A DNA stretch of 64,000 bases, taken from positions 23,250,001-23,314,000 of the forward strand of contig NC_135809.1 of assembly GCF_964213995.1 (NCBI RefSeq), read 5' to 3'. The translations under genes and the position numbers were made by a program. A model generated the notes under the pieces. The model was given only the letters and a program-made list of their open reading frames with translations. It was not told where the DNA came from and ran no database searches. The stretch is from Mustelus asterias. Taxonomy: Eukaryota. Positions 24,703 through 36,689 of this stretch are shown in pieces. The number at the start of each line of letters is the position of its first letter. The stretch's first letter is position 1.

Positions 24703-24913
24703 TAAGAAGTCTCACCAACACCAGGTTAAAGTCCAACAAGTTTATTTGGAATCGTGAGCTTTCGGCGCGCTGCTCCTTCATCAGTAGCACTCACCTGCTA
24801 ATGGGGCAGCACTCTGAAAGCTCGTGATTCCAAATAAACCTGTTGGATTTTAACCTGGTGTTGTGAGACTTCTCACTGTGCCCACTCCAGTCCAACACCG
24901 GCATCTCCACATC
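24703..24913 (+). mobile_element. Penelope-derived fold-back mini-element (copy 4)
   Basis: Opposite orientation to the other copies; TSD GTGATTAC(T/G)TAG at 24691-24702 and 24914-24925. Confidence 0.75.
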
Positions 24914-25289
24914 GTGATTACGTAGACTAATACCCAGTGCCAAAGAGTCAGAATGAATGCATGTTTAAAATCTCCACGCACCTAATCTGAGCCACACCGG
25001 ACAGCGAGGTGTCGAGTGAAGGTTTTGTCTTTGTTTCCTTGTCAGAGATAACAATCAGACAGAAGAGTGTCTAATGGCTACAGTGGGGTGCAGCATTGGT
25101 GAGCGAAGATTGGAAGGAATGTGCATCAAGGTGAACTGTTTGGAAAGAGTGTGCACTTGTGTTATTTGTGAATTGTTTATTTATTTTAAAACTTTCCAAA
25201 TAGGGTTATCTACAGGGAAAAAATATCTTCATTGCTCAGTTGGCAGCAGCTTGCCTCAGGGCTGGAAAAGCTATGGGTTTCACCCATGT

Positions 25290-25910
25290 GGGAGCTGTGG
25301 CTCAGTTGGGTAGTACTCTTGCTTCCGAGTCAGAGTGCTGTGGGTTCAAGTCCCACACTGGAGACCTGGGCCCTAAAATCTAAGCAGACACTCCAGTTCA
25401 GTGCTGAGGGACCACTGCCCTGTCGAAGGGTGCTGACAGATGAGACATCTGCCTCCTCGGGCCGATGTCAAGGACCTTACAGCACGATTTTGAAGAAGAC
25501 CAGGGCATGGCTTCATGGTATCCTGGTCAATACTTAACCCTTAATTGATGGACGGGATCTTCCAGCCCTTCCTGCTGGCAGGATATTCTGGTCCCGCCAA
25601 AGTCAAACCCCCCCCCCTGCCCCCGCGGCAGGACAGGGTGAGCCACACAAATGCCCGTAGACTTTGGCAGGACCAGAATATCCCACCAGCGGCCAAAAAC
25701 TCACACGTCAACCACAGGAAAACCTGCCGCGCAGGGGGGGAGCCGGGAAACCTAGCCAAGATCACTAATGGATTATCTGGTCGCAGGAGGAGTTTGCTGC
25801 GTGCAACTTGGCTGCCGGTGCCCTACAGTACAACAGTGACATTGCATCAAGAGTTCATTAGCTCTAAAGCGCTTTGCGACATCATGTGGTCTTGAAAGAG
25901 TCTTTCTTTA
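25290..25910 (+). mobile_element. DeuSINE (SacSINE1-like), split by a MITE at ~25550-25757
   Basis: tRNA head tggctcagttgg...gggttcaagtccc; Deu-like domain ttttgaagaaga...tcctggtcaata...gattatctggtc...tgcaacttggctgcc; L2-type tail aaagcgcttt. Confidence 0.7.
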
Positions 25911-26391
25911 CTCACACAGGGACTTCAGCGCTTCATGTGGGTTGGCATTTCAGCACAATTCGAAGGTAGTGCTGCATTATGGATGTGACATCCTCCAGAT
26001 GAGACGTTGTGTTACTGACCCTATGGCACTATTTGCACAAGGAGCAAGAAATCCTGCCACTGTCTTAACCCTCCAAAAACCAGCACCTACAAAAACATTT
26101 ATGTAGAGGGAATAACGAGGCAATGTTTGTATTGGCTCTATTATAATTTCCAATCATTTGGTAAAAGTACTGTACTACATAGGGGCAACCTCTAGACTTG
26201 AAACATTGGCTCTACTCTCTCTCCACAGATGCTGTTAGACCTGCTGAGATTTTCCAGCATTTTCGGTTTTTGTACTCAAAAGCTTGGAATGGCTTAACGG
26301 GCAATGCTTTTGTCTTTAGCAACATAATGGATTTCTCGCTTCTTATATTTTTTTTTCTGAAGTATTTTTTCTCTTCCCTTAATTAAATTGA

Positions 26392-26592
26392 TGTGGAGTT
26401 GCCGGCGTTGGACTGGGGTAGGCACAGTAAGTAGCCTCACAACACCAGGTTAAAGTCCAACAGGTTTATTTGGTAGCACGAGCTTTCGGAGCGCATCAGG
26501 CACTCACCTGATGAAGGAGCGATGCTCCAAAAGCTCGTGCTACCAAATAAGCCTGTTGGACTTTAACCTGATGTTGAGAGACTTCTTACTGT
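26392..26592 (-). mobile_element. Penelope-derived fold-back mini-element (copy 5)
   Basis: TSD CCTTAATTA(A/G)ATTGA at 26377-26391 and 26593-26607; hammerhead-like core at 26505-26539. Confidence 0.75.
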
Positions 26593-28054
26593 CCTTAATT
26601 AGATTGAACATTTTAATTCAGAATTCCATTGAGTTGAAAAGATGTCTCATTTCCAGTCTAGGATATGGTGAAGCTCATTCTTACAACAGACTGGAAAACG
26701 AGTGCGCCCAGTGGCTGCTCCAGTGGGATACCAAGCAGCTAACAAAAAGCAGCCCGGGGCTGTATACCCACCACTTGTTGCACTGTTGTTGCTTCCAGGT
26801 CTGGGGACATGGGAGGTTTTCTTGCAGATTTGTTAGAATAATAAAGTTGGAGTGTGTCGAGAACAAAACGTGCGGCATTTTAAAGAAATCCTAACTGCAC
26901 AGGGCTTTGGCCTCGAGGTCATTTTGCACTGGCAGAAAATTCCTTTTCTGTTAAGTATGATTTGAAGAGCTTCCAAGACTTTACCTCAATTTCATTGAAG
27001 CAACAATACGACTATCACTGTGCGGTGTTGGATTTCACCCTCGCTGCACTATTCAAACCGTTTCGGGCATAGCATTTCTTTGTTTTTGGTATAAATTAGT
27101 ACAGTGTGCAATTTGATACTTGGTCTCGCACAGTATTAAACAATATATTTCAACAATGCAAAATGGCCAGAGGGTGTTGTCCTCGCAAATCCTGTTCCTT
27201 TTGATGCGAGGGAACCGAGTATTTAAAGGGTTAAATCTTTCGGAAGGACCCAGAAAGCCAATAACTCTGGCTACAACCTGAGGCACTTGTTAATAAGGTC
27301 TGCGACTTCAATTGTTACCAGGTTTCGAAGCAATGTGTAAATCCTGCCTTTTTTTTTTCGTGAATGACAATTAGAAATATATCGCACTCAATCTGTTTTC
27401 CTGAAACCATTCATAAAAATCAGATGGCGGGGCCTGGCCGGGAGTTTACTCCATGCTGGGGTGAGGAGGGTGGGTGGGGGGGGATAAGCAATAGCGAGCT
27501 CCCTGCCCCCGCCCTGTTCTGTCTCTGCAGTCATGGATGGTCCATTTGTTGAGATTAGGGGAGGATTGAGTGCTTTTTGGAGGGCAGCTGGTAAAATTAC
27601 TTTGACACATACTGGGCTCAGAGCCAGCGCTGGCCTTGATTCAGACATTGTCTTTCCCCTCATTGAACTGTCAGGACCTAATTCATGGAAAATAAAGTCA
27701 GTGAACTGGCAGCTCCCTCAGAGCATTTCTCTTAGCCACGGCATGCAGAAGTCAAATGAATTCAGACTGCGCAACCAAAGCCCTTTTTTTCCTCCCCCCT
27801 TTAGTATAACATTTCTGATTTGAGGGGATTCAGGGATATACAGGTGCTTGTTTACAGGTTAGCAAGAAATGAGAGGTTTGCGGGACGGGTGGGAGTGTTC
27901 TGGAAGGATGTATTTGACTGTGAATATTAAGCCAAGGTTGTTCCGCATTATGTTGTACTTGACGTGCTGCTATGCTTACAATTAAGGAAAGTGAAAAACA
28001 GCATGAATGCTTGATGGAATCTAACTGTACTTTGTTTCTTTCCCCCCCCCTCAG

Positions 28055-28087
28055 CCACAGCAAGAGGTCCAGAAGAAGCCTGCTCAG
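28055..28087 (+). CDS. HMGA2: HMGA2 exon 4 (33 nt, PQQEVQKKPAQ)
   Basis: Branch-like CTAAC at 28021, pyrimidine tract, CAG acceptor and GT donor at 28088; peptide matches human HMGA2 exon 4 PQQVVQKKPAQ at 10 of 11 residues, phase 0/0. Confidence 0.93.
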
Positions 28088-29679
28088 GTAGTGTGGACTT
28101 TTTATTGTAATCGGAGCGCTTTAGAATAAGGTTTAGGCGAACAGATATCTGGAATAAGGAGTTGGAGAGCCTGGACTGCTTTCTAAGTTGGAGTTAATAA
28201 GAAGGACATGAGCTCATGTGGGCTTCCTAATCTCAGCTGTCTGAGGAAATAGTGATAAATTGTATAAACATGGGGACTACATGGAAGTTCATGGAGGATA
28301 ATGTAAATCTTACACTACATTCTGAGGAATCTCTTCCTTTTCCATCTGTTTCCTTTACTGTATCCTAACAGATGTCTTTACCATGTGGTAGTCTGGATCA
28401 GTTTAAAAAACTTCTGATCTTGTTGTAGACTTTGGGGTTTCTGGAGGTTACATACACATGGCCTTTTTACTTCAGCTAACCTTTTCTTACATCGGAAGAG
28501 TTTGGTAACTGGAAAGGGAGAGGCTGATTCCACAGTTGGTTCACCTTCTCGTTGGTGCAGTGAGGATAAACCAAGTGGCGGGAAAGTCAGGAGACTGAAG
28601 CTAACATGTCCCGATCCTAAAGAAACGCACTGCTCAGTTGAGAATCAATGTCAAAAACACACAGGACTCGAACAGCATAATGTCTGCATTCATTTCAAAG
28701 CATCAGCATTACTACAATTCCTTGGCTATAAGCTATGGGAGATATTATAGTACCAGCAATTCTGGTTAACCCTCCATAGACTTCCAACATTTGTCTTCCA
28801 TATTGAGGACGTCTCTTTTTAAATGGGACATTTTATTTCCCAGCATTAACTATTAGTGACATCAGGAAACATGTGCACATTTGTTTTATAGGAGTTATTT
28901 AATACATTTGGTGAAATATTATTGTTTCCTTTACCTTCCTCCCCCACCCACGCTCCAAAGGGGTCCTGTTCCTGTTATACTGACAAACCGTTCAATTACT
29001 GAGTCCCTCGCAGACATTCCTGATCTCGTTCATAAGTGGGAGCCACGCATGCGCTTTCTAGCTGGGGACAATATTCAATAGCAGAGATCCTGGCCTCTCC
29101 CTCCCACCTGGCACTGCAGTAAGTATCTGATTTCACCAACCGAACAGTTAGGGGTGCATCTTCCACACTGATTCACAATCCTTGTGAATTTTGTTTAGTC
29201 AACTTGACACATGGAAATCCCATCACCTCCTCCAAGAGTCTCCATCCCAAGTCTCCGCAGAATAGGTTTTCTGTTTGTGCAGTACAGCGTGCGTGTCCGC
29301 TCCGTGTAGGAACACAACTAGCGGGAGCACTTGTGATCTTTCCCCTGCTTGACGAGCAGAGATCACTCTACTCACTTGGGCACTGGCTTGCAGAAATATC
29401 TGGATTAAATGGGAAGAGTTATAAGCCCCCAGTGGCAGATCTACCGCTCTCCAGGGTCCATTAGTGAGTCAGAGTGGCTGGACAAATATCAAAAATGCAC
29501 CAGAAATGTATTTATTCGTACACAAGGTCAAAAAAGACTTTGTAGTCTATCGGAGAAGCCCTGAATGCTAATATCTTTCGGTCCCTCGCAAAAATTTATC
29601 TAATTTTCCCACATCTGGTTCCTTGCACAGTCCATTCCACACTTTGGCATCTTTGAAATCTAACCTGTTGGAAGCAGGT

Positions 29680-30320
29680 TGAGCTTAAGACCATATAAAA
29701 TTATACGGGGCCAGGATGCAGTGCTTTGGAAGGACCTGTTTCCTTTAGCAGAGAGATTTAAAGTAATTGGCAGATGGATGAATCATAGAATAGGATCCCT
29801 ACAGTGCCCATCGGGTCTGCACCCAACACAATCCCACCCAGACCCTGATCCCATAACCCCTCATATTTACCCTGACACTAGGGTCAATTTAGCATGGCCA
29901 ATCAACCTAACCCGCACATCTTTGGACTGTGGGAGGAAACCGGAGCACCCGGAGGGAAGCCACGCAGACACGGGGAGAACATGCAGTGATCCAAGGCCAG
30001 AATTGAACCCGGGACCCTGGCGATGTGGGGCAGCAGTGCTAACCACTGTGTCACCGCGCCGCCCAAAAGTGGAACTGAGGGGAAATATTGTCACAGGGTT
30101 GGGGGTGCCTCAAAGTCACTGCCTGAAAGGATGGGGGAGGGAGGATCCCTCATTGCATTTTTTAAAAAAAACTTGGATATGAGCCTGGAAGTGCTGTAAT
30201 CTACAGGGCTACCAGTCTAAGAGCTGGATGGTGGGATCAGTGTTGAACATTTTTTTTTGGACCAGCACCAAAATGATGGGCCGAATGGCCTCCGGTAATG
30301 TCATAGATTTCCTATGTTTC
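29680..30320 (+). mobile_element. Old CR1 3' fragment split by an HE1 SINE (29780-30065, minus)
   Basis: YKIIRG..LFPLAE before the SINE and CR1 3' UTR after it. Confidence 0.7.
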
Positions 30321-30699
30321 TATGGCCCTGACTCTGGAGTTAGTGGAAATCCTAAACAGATTGGGGCTTGATTTATTTGCTCTCTTAAAGAATTGTGAAT
30401 GGTATCTCCACTAAATCTCCTCCAGACTAAACAATCTTGAGACTCCCCACATAGCTTAAATGGATTAAGTATCATATCGGTTCTGTTTTTGGTTTTTTTA
30501 TCAATTATAGGACATCTATCTTCAGGTTGTGGAAAGACCCTAACCAGGATTACTTTTATCATACCTGTCCGAGTTCAGTAATGTATGTACTGGGTTTTCC
30601 CACTGGAAAAGTGATTTTCCTTCTCATTTAACCAAAATGTCTAAAGAGATTATGCAGATACCTCATGGTCCCAAGTCCTCTACATTTAGATGGCACTTG

Positions 30700-31027
30700 A
30701 GAATCATAGAACCCTTACAGTGCAGAAGGAGGCCATTTGGCCCAACGAGGCTGCACTGACTACAATCCCACCTCGGCCCAATCCCCATAACCCCATGCAT
30801 TTACCCTAGCTAGTCCCCCTGACACTAAGGGGCAATTTAGCACGGCCAATCCACCTAACCCACACATCTTTGGACCGTGGGAGGAAACCGGAGCACCCGG
30901 AGGAAACCCATGCAGGCACGGGGAGAATGTGCAAGCTCTACACAGACAGTGACCCAAGCCGGGAATCGAACCTGGGTCCCTGGCACTGTGAGGCAGCAGT
31001 GCTAACCACTGTGCCATCGTGCCACCC
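30700..31027 (-). mobile_element. HE1-type V-SINE
   Basis: Full length. Confidence 0.9.
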
Positions 31028-31435
31028 GTCCCTGTGATTTTTTTCTGTTTTCCTTCATTACGTGCACAAATAAACTAGAAACTGATATATGAACAAGTAA
31101 ACCATTTCCGTCAATGTTTACACTTGCATGGATAAAAATTACTTAAAGTTGAAGTTTTTAATGGTAATTACTGACAACACAGCAGGGAGCCATTCGGCCC
31201 ATTGTGTCCATGTCAGCTCTCTGCAAGGCCAGTCCAGGTAGTTCCACTTTCCTGCTCTTTCCCTCTGCCCCTGCAATCTTTTTTTCCCTCTTTTACACTT
31301 GCCCAATTTCCTTTTGAAAGCTTCAGTTGAATCTGCCTCCACCAGACGATGCATTCCAGGTCAGAGCCAGCGACGACAAAACATGTCTGGTCGTGTTACC
31401 TTTAGCTCTTTTGGAAAGCACCTCAAGTCTTATTT

Positions 31436-31757
31436 GGGCAGCACGGTGGCACAGTGGTTAGCACTGCTGCCTCGCAGGGCCAGGGACCCAGGTTCAATCC
31501 CAACCTTGGGTCACTGTCTGTGTGGAGGTTGCACATTCTCCCCGTGTCTGTGTGGGTTTTCTTCGGGTGCTCCGGTTTCCTCCCACAGTCCAAAGATGTG
31601 CGGGTTAGGTTGATTGGCCATGCTAAATTTTCCCTTAGTATCAGGAGGACTAGCAGGATAAATGTGTGCGGTTACAGGGATAGGGCCTGGGTGGGATGGT
31701 TGTCGGTGCAGGCTTGATGAGCCGAATGGCCTCCTCCTGCACTGTAGGGATTCTATC
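31436..31757 (+). mobile_element. HE1-type V-SINE; a second 3' half follows at 31828-31948
   Basis: Full length; inverted relative to 30700-31027. Confidence 0.9.
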
Positions 31758-32834
31758 CCTTGTCATTTGCGACCCTTCTAGCAATGGGAACAGTACTTTG
31801 CACATCCAAAAGGTGTGCAGGTTATTTTGACAGGCCATGCTAAATTGCGCCTTAGTGTCAGTAAATCCGTGGGGTTGCGGGAATAGGGGCTAGGTGGGAT
31901 TGTTGTCGGTACAGGCTTGACGGCTTCCTTCTGCACTGCAGGGATTGTAAGTCTTTTTGTAGTTTTTTAAATTGTTTTTGTTTTGCAGGGGTGGGACCTT
32001 GAGAATGTGCAGAAGATGTTACTTTTGACAAAGAATAATTGGTTGCCGCATGTTACCACATGAATAAAATTTACTTGCATACATGTGAAGCCTGTACATG
32101 TATGTAAAAAACATTGTTCCAGCTTCTCCATGCCTGCTGTCCAATGCATGTATTTAGGACCAAGCTGAATTTCTATATAGTTTACGGTTTTTTTGCAATC
32201 AGAGAGGCAGACCATGTGCTGCTAACAGTCCCAAAGCAGTTAACACTCATTGAAATTGGCAATGAGAAGGAAGGGTTGGCTAAGAAATGCTTTTATTAAT
32301 GGAACAAATGAATAATTATTGACCTTCCATTTTCATTGCAACAAATTTAACCCATTTCGTTTGAAACTGGTGACCTGTACGATGTAGCAATTTTTTAACT
32401 AATCCCAATTCTCCTTCAATCGAAAGCCTTGATTGGAGCTAAAAGGTTAGACTTAGTTGAAATTCGAAGTACATGGGAACCATACTAAAAAGCAACATTC
32501 ACATGGCCCCCAAGGCCACACAGTTACGGTGCGTGGGATCAGCTGTCAAAATGTCCCATGTGTTCCCTGTGAATGGAGGTGCAATGTGTTGGAAGGGGGA
32601 GGTCTAAGAGTTTTGTTCTGGGGCCCAGAGGAGCACATTTGCTGCTCGTGGCCCCACAAGGATATTTTAAAGAGGAAGTTATACTTGCGTTTTTGGGGGG
32701 CCATCTCTGCCTCCAAACATGAAGTTCACTGCCGTTTTGTCCTCCCAGTAAACATGATGCTGTCATTCGGGCCCAACAGATGAGTCTACAAAATGTACAC
32801 CACAAAATGCAATTTTTAATTCTTCAATGAGGTT

Positions 32835-33180
32835 GGGGTGGCACAGTGGTTAGCACTGCTGCCTCACAGCTCCGGGTACCCAGGTTCGATTCCAGCCTTG
32901 GGCGACTGTCAGACTGTGCGGAGTCTGCACATTCTCCCCGTGTCTCCGTGGGTTTCCTCCAGGTGCTCCGGTTTCGTCCAACAGTCCAAAGATGTGCAGC
33001 TTAGGTGGATTGGCCATGCTAAATTGCCCCTAGTGTCCAAAGATGTCTAGGTGAGATGAATTAGCCATAGTTACTATACTGGGTAACAGGGATAGGGTGG
33101 AGGGGGTGGAATGCTTTTTTGAAGAGTCAGTGTAGTCTTGATGGGCTGAATGGCCTCTTGCTGCACTGTAAGGATTCATG
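32835..33180 (+). mobile_element. HE1-type V-SINE
   Basis: Head, core and tail. Confidence 0.88.
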
Positions 33181-33465
33181 CTTGAGATTTTAGAAGTTGA
33201 TAAGGTGGTCAGTCTAGTCTAGATAAGTACCACTCATGGGGGCAGTTGAGGCTGCAGACTTAGTGATTTGTTCAGTTTTCATGCATCGGTTGAGGTGCAG
33301 TTAACTTGCTATTGGACAGGTTTGACTGATGACAAACGTGTCAAAGCAAAAGATTAGGTAGTAGTTATTTTTAAGAAAGGTCACAGCCATGTAAGGATAC
33401 AGAGGCCATCTTATTTTGGGAGGAGGGGTGGAGGAAGCAGAGACCATCTTTTTTTGGGGAAGGGG

Positions 33466-33685
33466 TCATAGAAACTAGAAGCAGGAATAGACCATTCGGC
33501 CCTTCGAGCCTGCTCCACCATTCATCTTGATCATGGTTGATCATCTAATTCAATATCCTGATCTCCCCCCCCCTCCTCCCATATACCTTGATCCCTTTAG
33601 CCCCGAGAGCTATATCTTCTTGAAATCAGGCAACATTTGATGGGTAAGCCTTTGTGGGTAAAGAAATTTCTCCTCACCTCAGTTC
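33466..33685 (-). mobile_element. CR1 3' end
   Basis: Reverse complement of the CR1 3' UTR seen at 51238-51390. Confidence 0.8.
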
Positions 33686-34415
33686 AGGGTTGGGGGCGGG
33701 AAGGCTGCAGGCAGGAAATTGTCTTCCATTTGTGTTTTCCCCTCTCTTTTTGTGTTGATAGTTTTGTTTCCCCTGTGGCGGCTGCTGCTGCTATCATTTG
33801 GAGAGTCTTGTGAGAGACACCATCGAGCCCTGCGGTGAGGGAGCTGCATTAACATCTGTAGATGCAGTGAAATAACCCCGGGGTTTCCCTACATGCGTCC
33901 GTCCAACTGTGCACATTTATCTGGCTCCCTCTCACTGCCTGCTTGGGTAACTGCTCCAAACCAGTTTCACCCAAATCTGTCACTCATGCTCCCTGTCGCA
34001 ATATAACCAGAAAAGAAACAGGGAAGGAAGTGAATCAGAATTCTTTGAAACTTTCCATGATTTATATGTGAAGAATCCTGGCCAGAGACGCTTGTTTTTA
34101 AAATGTAAACTATTCCCAGTTTGGAGACTAATGCTTGTAGCACCTGCCCCACCCTTTAACTCTCCAAAATAAACATTTTTCCTGTAACTTATTAAATGCT
34201 GGGGGGCAGTTTTAAACCTGGGAGACTTTCTGTCGAGGGATAGGGTTCTGTGGAGGCAGGGTGTGACGGACATGAGGAATTTAGATTGTATGTTCTGGGA
34301 AAATTTGAGATCTGAGCTATGCTAACTTGTGTGCCTCACTAGCACTCTGCCGGTGTCAAAATAGGTGGTCTTGGCCACCTGTCACCACATAGGCAGAGGT
34401 GGGGAAGGTACATAA

Positions 34416-34688
34416 TTCAAGATGGTGCCAGCGCGTGGTGACTTCTTGCGAGCTGCCCCCAGCATATCCTCTAATTCTATCTTTTACTCTTTCTATGCTT
34501 TTAAAACTCTTACTCTTATAAACTCTATCTATTTCAATCTCTACCCCCTAGCTATGAGTATAACACTACATTCTGCAGCCACTCCTTTCCTTCTCCCCTA
34601 TGTACTCTATGAACGATATGCTTTGTATAGCATGCAAGAAACAATACTTTTCACTGTATCCCAATACATGTGACAGTAAATCAAATCA
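34416..34688 (+). mobile_element. Internally deleted Rex1-type element (5' end fused to 3' UTR)
   Basis: caAGATGGtG start homologous to 2190-2295 (minus); 3' part homologous to 2580-2727. Confidence 0.72.
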
Positions 34689-34772
34689 GTCTGCCTTCCT
34701 CTCAAGGGTGGGGTGGGGGTTACAACAACATCCAGGCAGAGGAGCCCATAGATTTCCTGAGGAGAAACAAGG

Positions 34773-35078
34773 CGGGCGACACGGTGGCAGTGGTTCGCAC
34801 CGCTGCCTCACAGCACCAGGGACCTGAGTTCAATTCCGGCCTCAGGTCACTGTCTGTGCAGAGTTTGCACATTCTCCCCGTGTCCGCGTGGGTTTCCTCC
34901 ATTGCTTCGGTTTCCTGCCACAGTCCAAAGATGTGCAGGTTAGGTTGATTGGCCATGCTCAATTGAGCCTTGGTCAGGGGGGTTAGCAGGGTAAATATGT
35001 GGGGTTCCAGGAATGGGGCCTGGGTAGGATTGTTGTCGGTGGGCTGAATGGCCTCCTTCTGCATTGTAGGGATTCTAT
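34773..35078 (+). mobile_element. HE1-type V-SINE
   Basis: Head, core and tail. Confidence 0.88.
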
Positions 35079-35588
35079 GAAGAGTTCCAGTTCCCTTGGA
35101 ACAATACCCCAGAGAAGAGACGATGGAGAGGAACGACATCAAGGCCCCAAAAAGGAAAGTTTTGGCCTTGTTCACCTTCCCAGCACATTTCAATCCTGAC
35201 TTCAGCCTGCTGAGGAAGCTGCAGCAACTTTCCCACTTGGGCCCGAGTTAGAATCATCCTGGATCTGCACACTTCAAGAAAGGCTTGCTGATTTTGGGCA
35301 GGCATCTTAGCTACCCCTCCAGAAGCCTGAGTAAAAATCACAGTTGAAAGGATTTGGGAGCTTTCTGGCGGGTAAATAACCTGGGGCTCTTCAACACTTT
35401 CTCCCTCCTTTTCCAGTGGACTGAGAAGAGCTGGGTCTGGAAGCTGAGATTCTTATATTAGCACATTCTCATCTCAATGTCAGCATTAACTCGATTCAGA
35501 ATTGCTTTTGATATAAGTTACATTTTGGTGGCACATAGAAGAGTTTTATGTGCTTCTTGAGCAATAAATATGATGCGGTATTTGTTCA

Positions 35589-35945
35589 GGGGGAGGCAAT
35601 GGCGTAATGGTATGGCCACTGGATTAGTAATCAGACGCTGAGTAAGATCTGGGGACCCGGGTTCGAATCCCGCCACAGCAGATGGTGATATTTGAATTCA
35701 ATAAAAAATCTGAAATTAAGAGTCAACTGATGACCATGAAACTGTTGTTTATTGCCGTTAAAAACACACATCTAGTTCACTCTATCCTTTAGGGAAGGAA
35801 ATCTGCCGTCCTTGCCCAGTCTGGCCTACATGAGACTACAGAGCCAAAACAGCGCACTTGATTCTGAAATGGAGGGCAATTAGGGATGGGCAATAAATGG
35901 TGGGCCCACACAGTGACACCCACATCCCGCAAATGAATTTTAAAA
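35589..35945 (+). mobile_element. tRNA-derived SINE with family-B LINE tail
   Basis: A box tggcgtaatgg, B box gggttcgaatccc; 3' end gggcaattagggatgggcaataaat...cccacatccc...aatgaattttaaaa shared with 21190-21260. Confidence 0.8.
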
Positions 35946-35984
35946 ATTCATTCAGAGGGAATATAATTAATTAATTCCTCTATT

Positions 35985-36577
35985 GGTTGGAGTTTAAGAG
36001 CCGTGGGGTTATGCTGCAACTGTACAGGACCTTGGTGAGACCACATTTGGAATATTGTGTGCAGTTCTGGTCACCTCACTATAAGAAGGATGTGGAAGCG
36101 CTGGAAAGAGTGCAGAGGAGATTTACCAGGATGCTGCCTGGTTTGGAGGGGAGGTCTTATGAGGAAAGGTTGAGGGAGCTAGGGCTGTTCTCTCTGGAGC
36201 GGAGGAGGCTGAGGGGAGACTTAATAGAGGTTTATAAAATGATGAAGGGGATAGATAGAGTGAACGTTCAAAGACTATTTCCTCGGGTGGATGGAGCTAA
36301 TACAAGGGGGCATAACTATAGGGTTCGTGGTGGGAGATACAGGAAGGATATCAGAGGTAGGTTCTTTACGCAGAGAGTGGTTGGGGTGTGGAATGGACTG
36401 CCTGCAGTGATAGTGGAGTCAGACACTTTAGGAAAATTTAAGCGGTTATTGGATAGGCACATGGAGCACACCAGGATGATAGGGAGTGGGATAGCTTGAT
36501 CTTGGTTTCAGATAAAGCTCGGCACAACATCATGGGCCGAAGGGCCTGTTCTGTGCTGTACTGTTCTATGTTCTATG
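35985..36577 (+). mobile_element. Young CR1 3' fragment with an uninterrupted 170-aa ORF2 C-terminus
   Basis: LYRTLVRPHLEYCVQFWSPHYKKD...FFTQRVVGVWNGLP; tail ttctatgttctatg. Confidence 0.95.
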
Positions 36578-36689
36578 ATAGTCAAAAAATAACCAATCTC
36601 AAAAGGGATGTTTGTGGCTTACACAGACTATGTAACTGATCCTGAACCTTCACCTTTCATTAGTTATTTGCTGCTCTGTTCTTTTTTTA

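Noticed and set aside
4269-26592. Fold-back elements as DNA-transposon MITEs or pre-miRNAs
   Set aside because: The asymmetric tail, variable centre, variable 11-15 bp TSDs and hammerhead core fit Penelope-type retroelements better
1-28054. HMGA2 AT-hook exons 1-3
   Set aside because: No exon with a PRGRP AT-hook motif was noticed; they presumably lie upstream of the window
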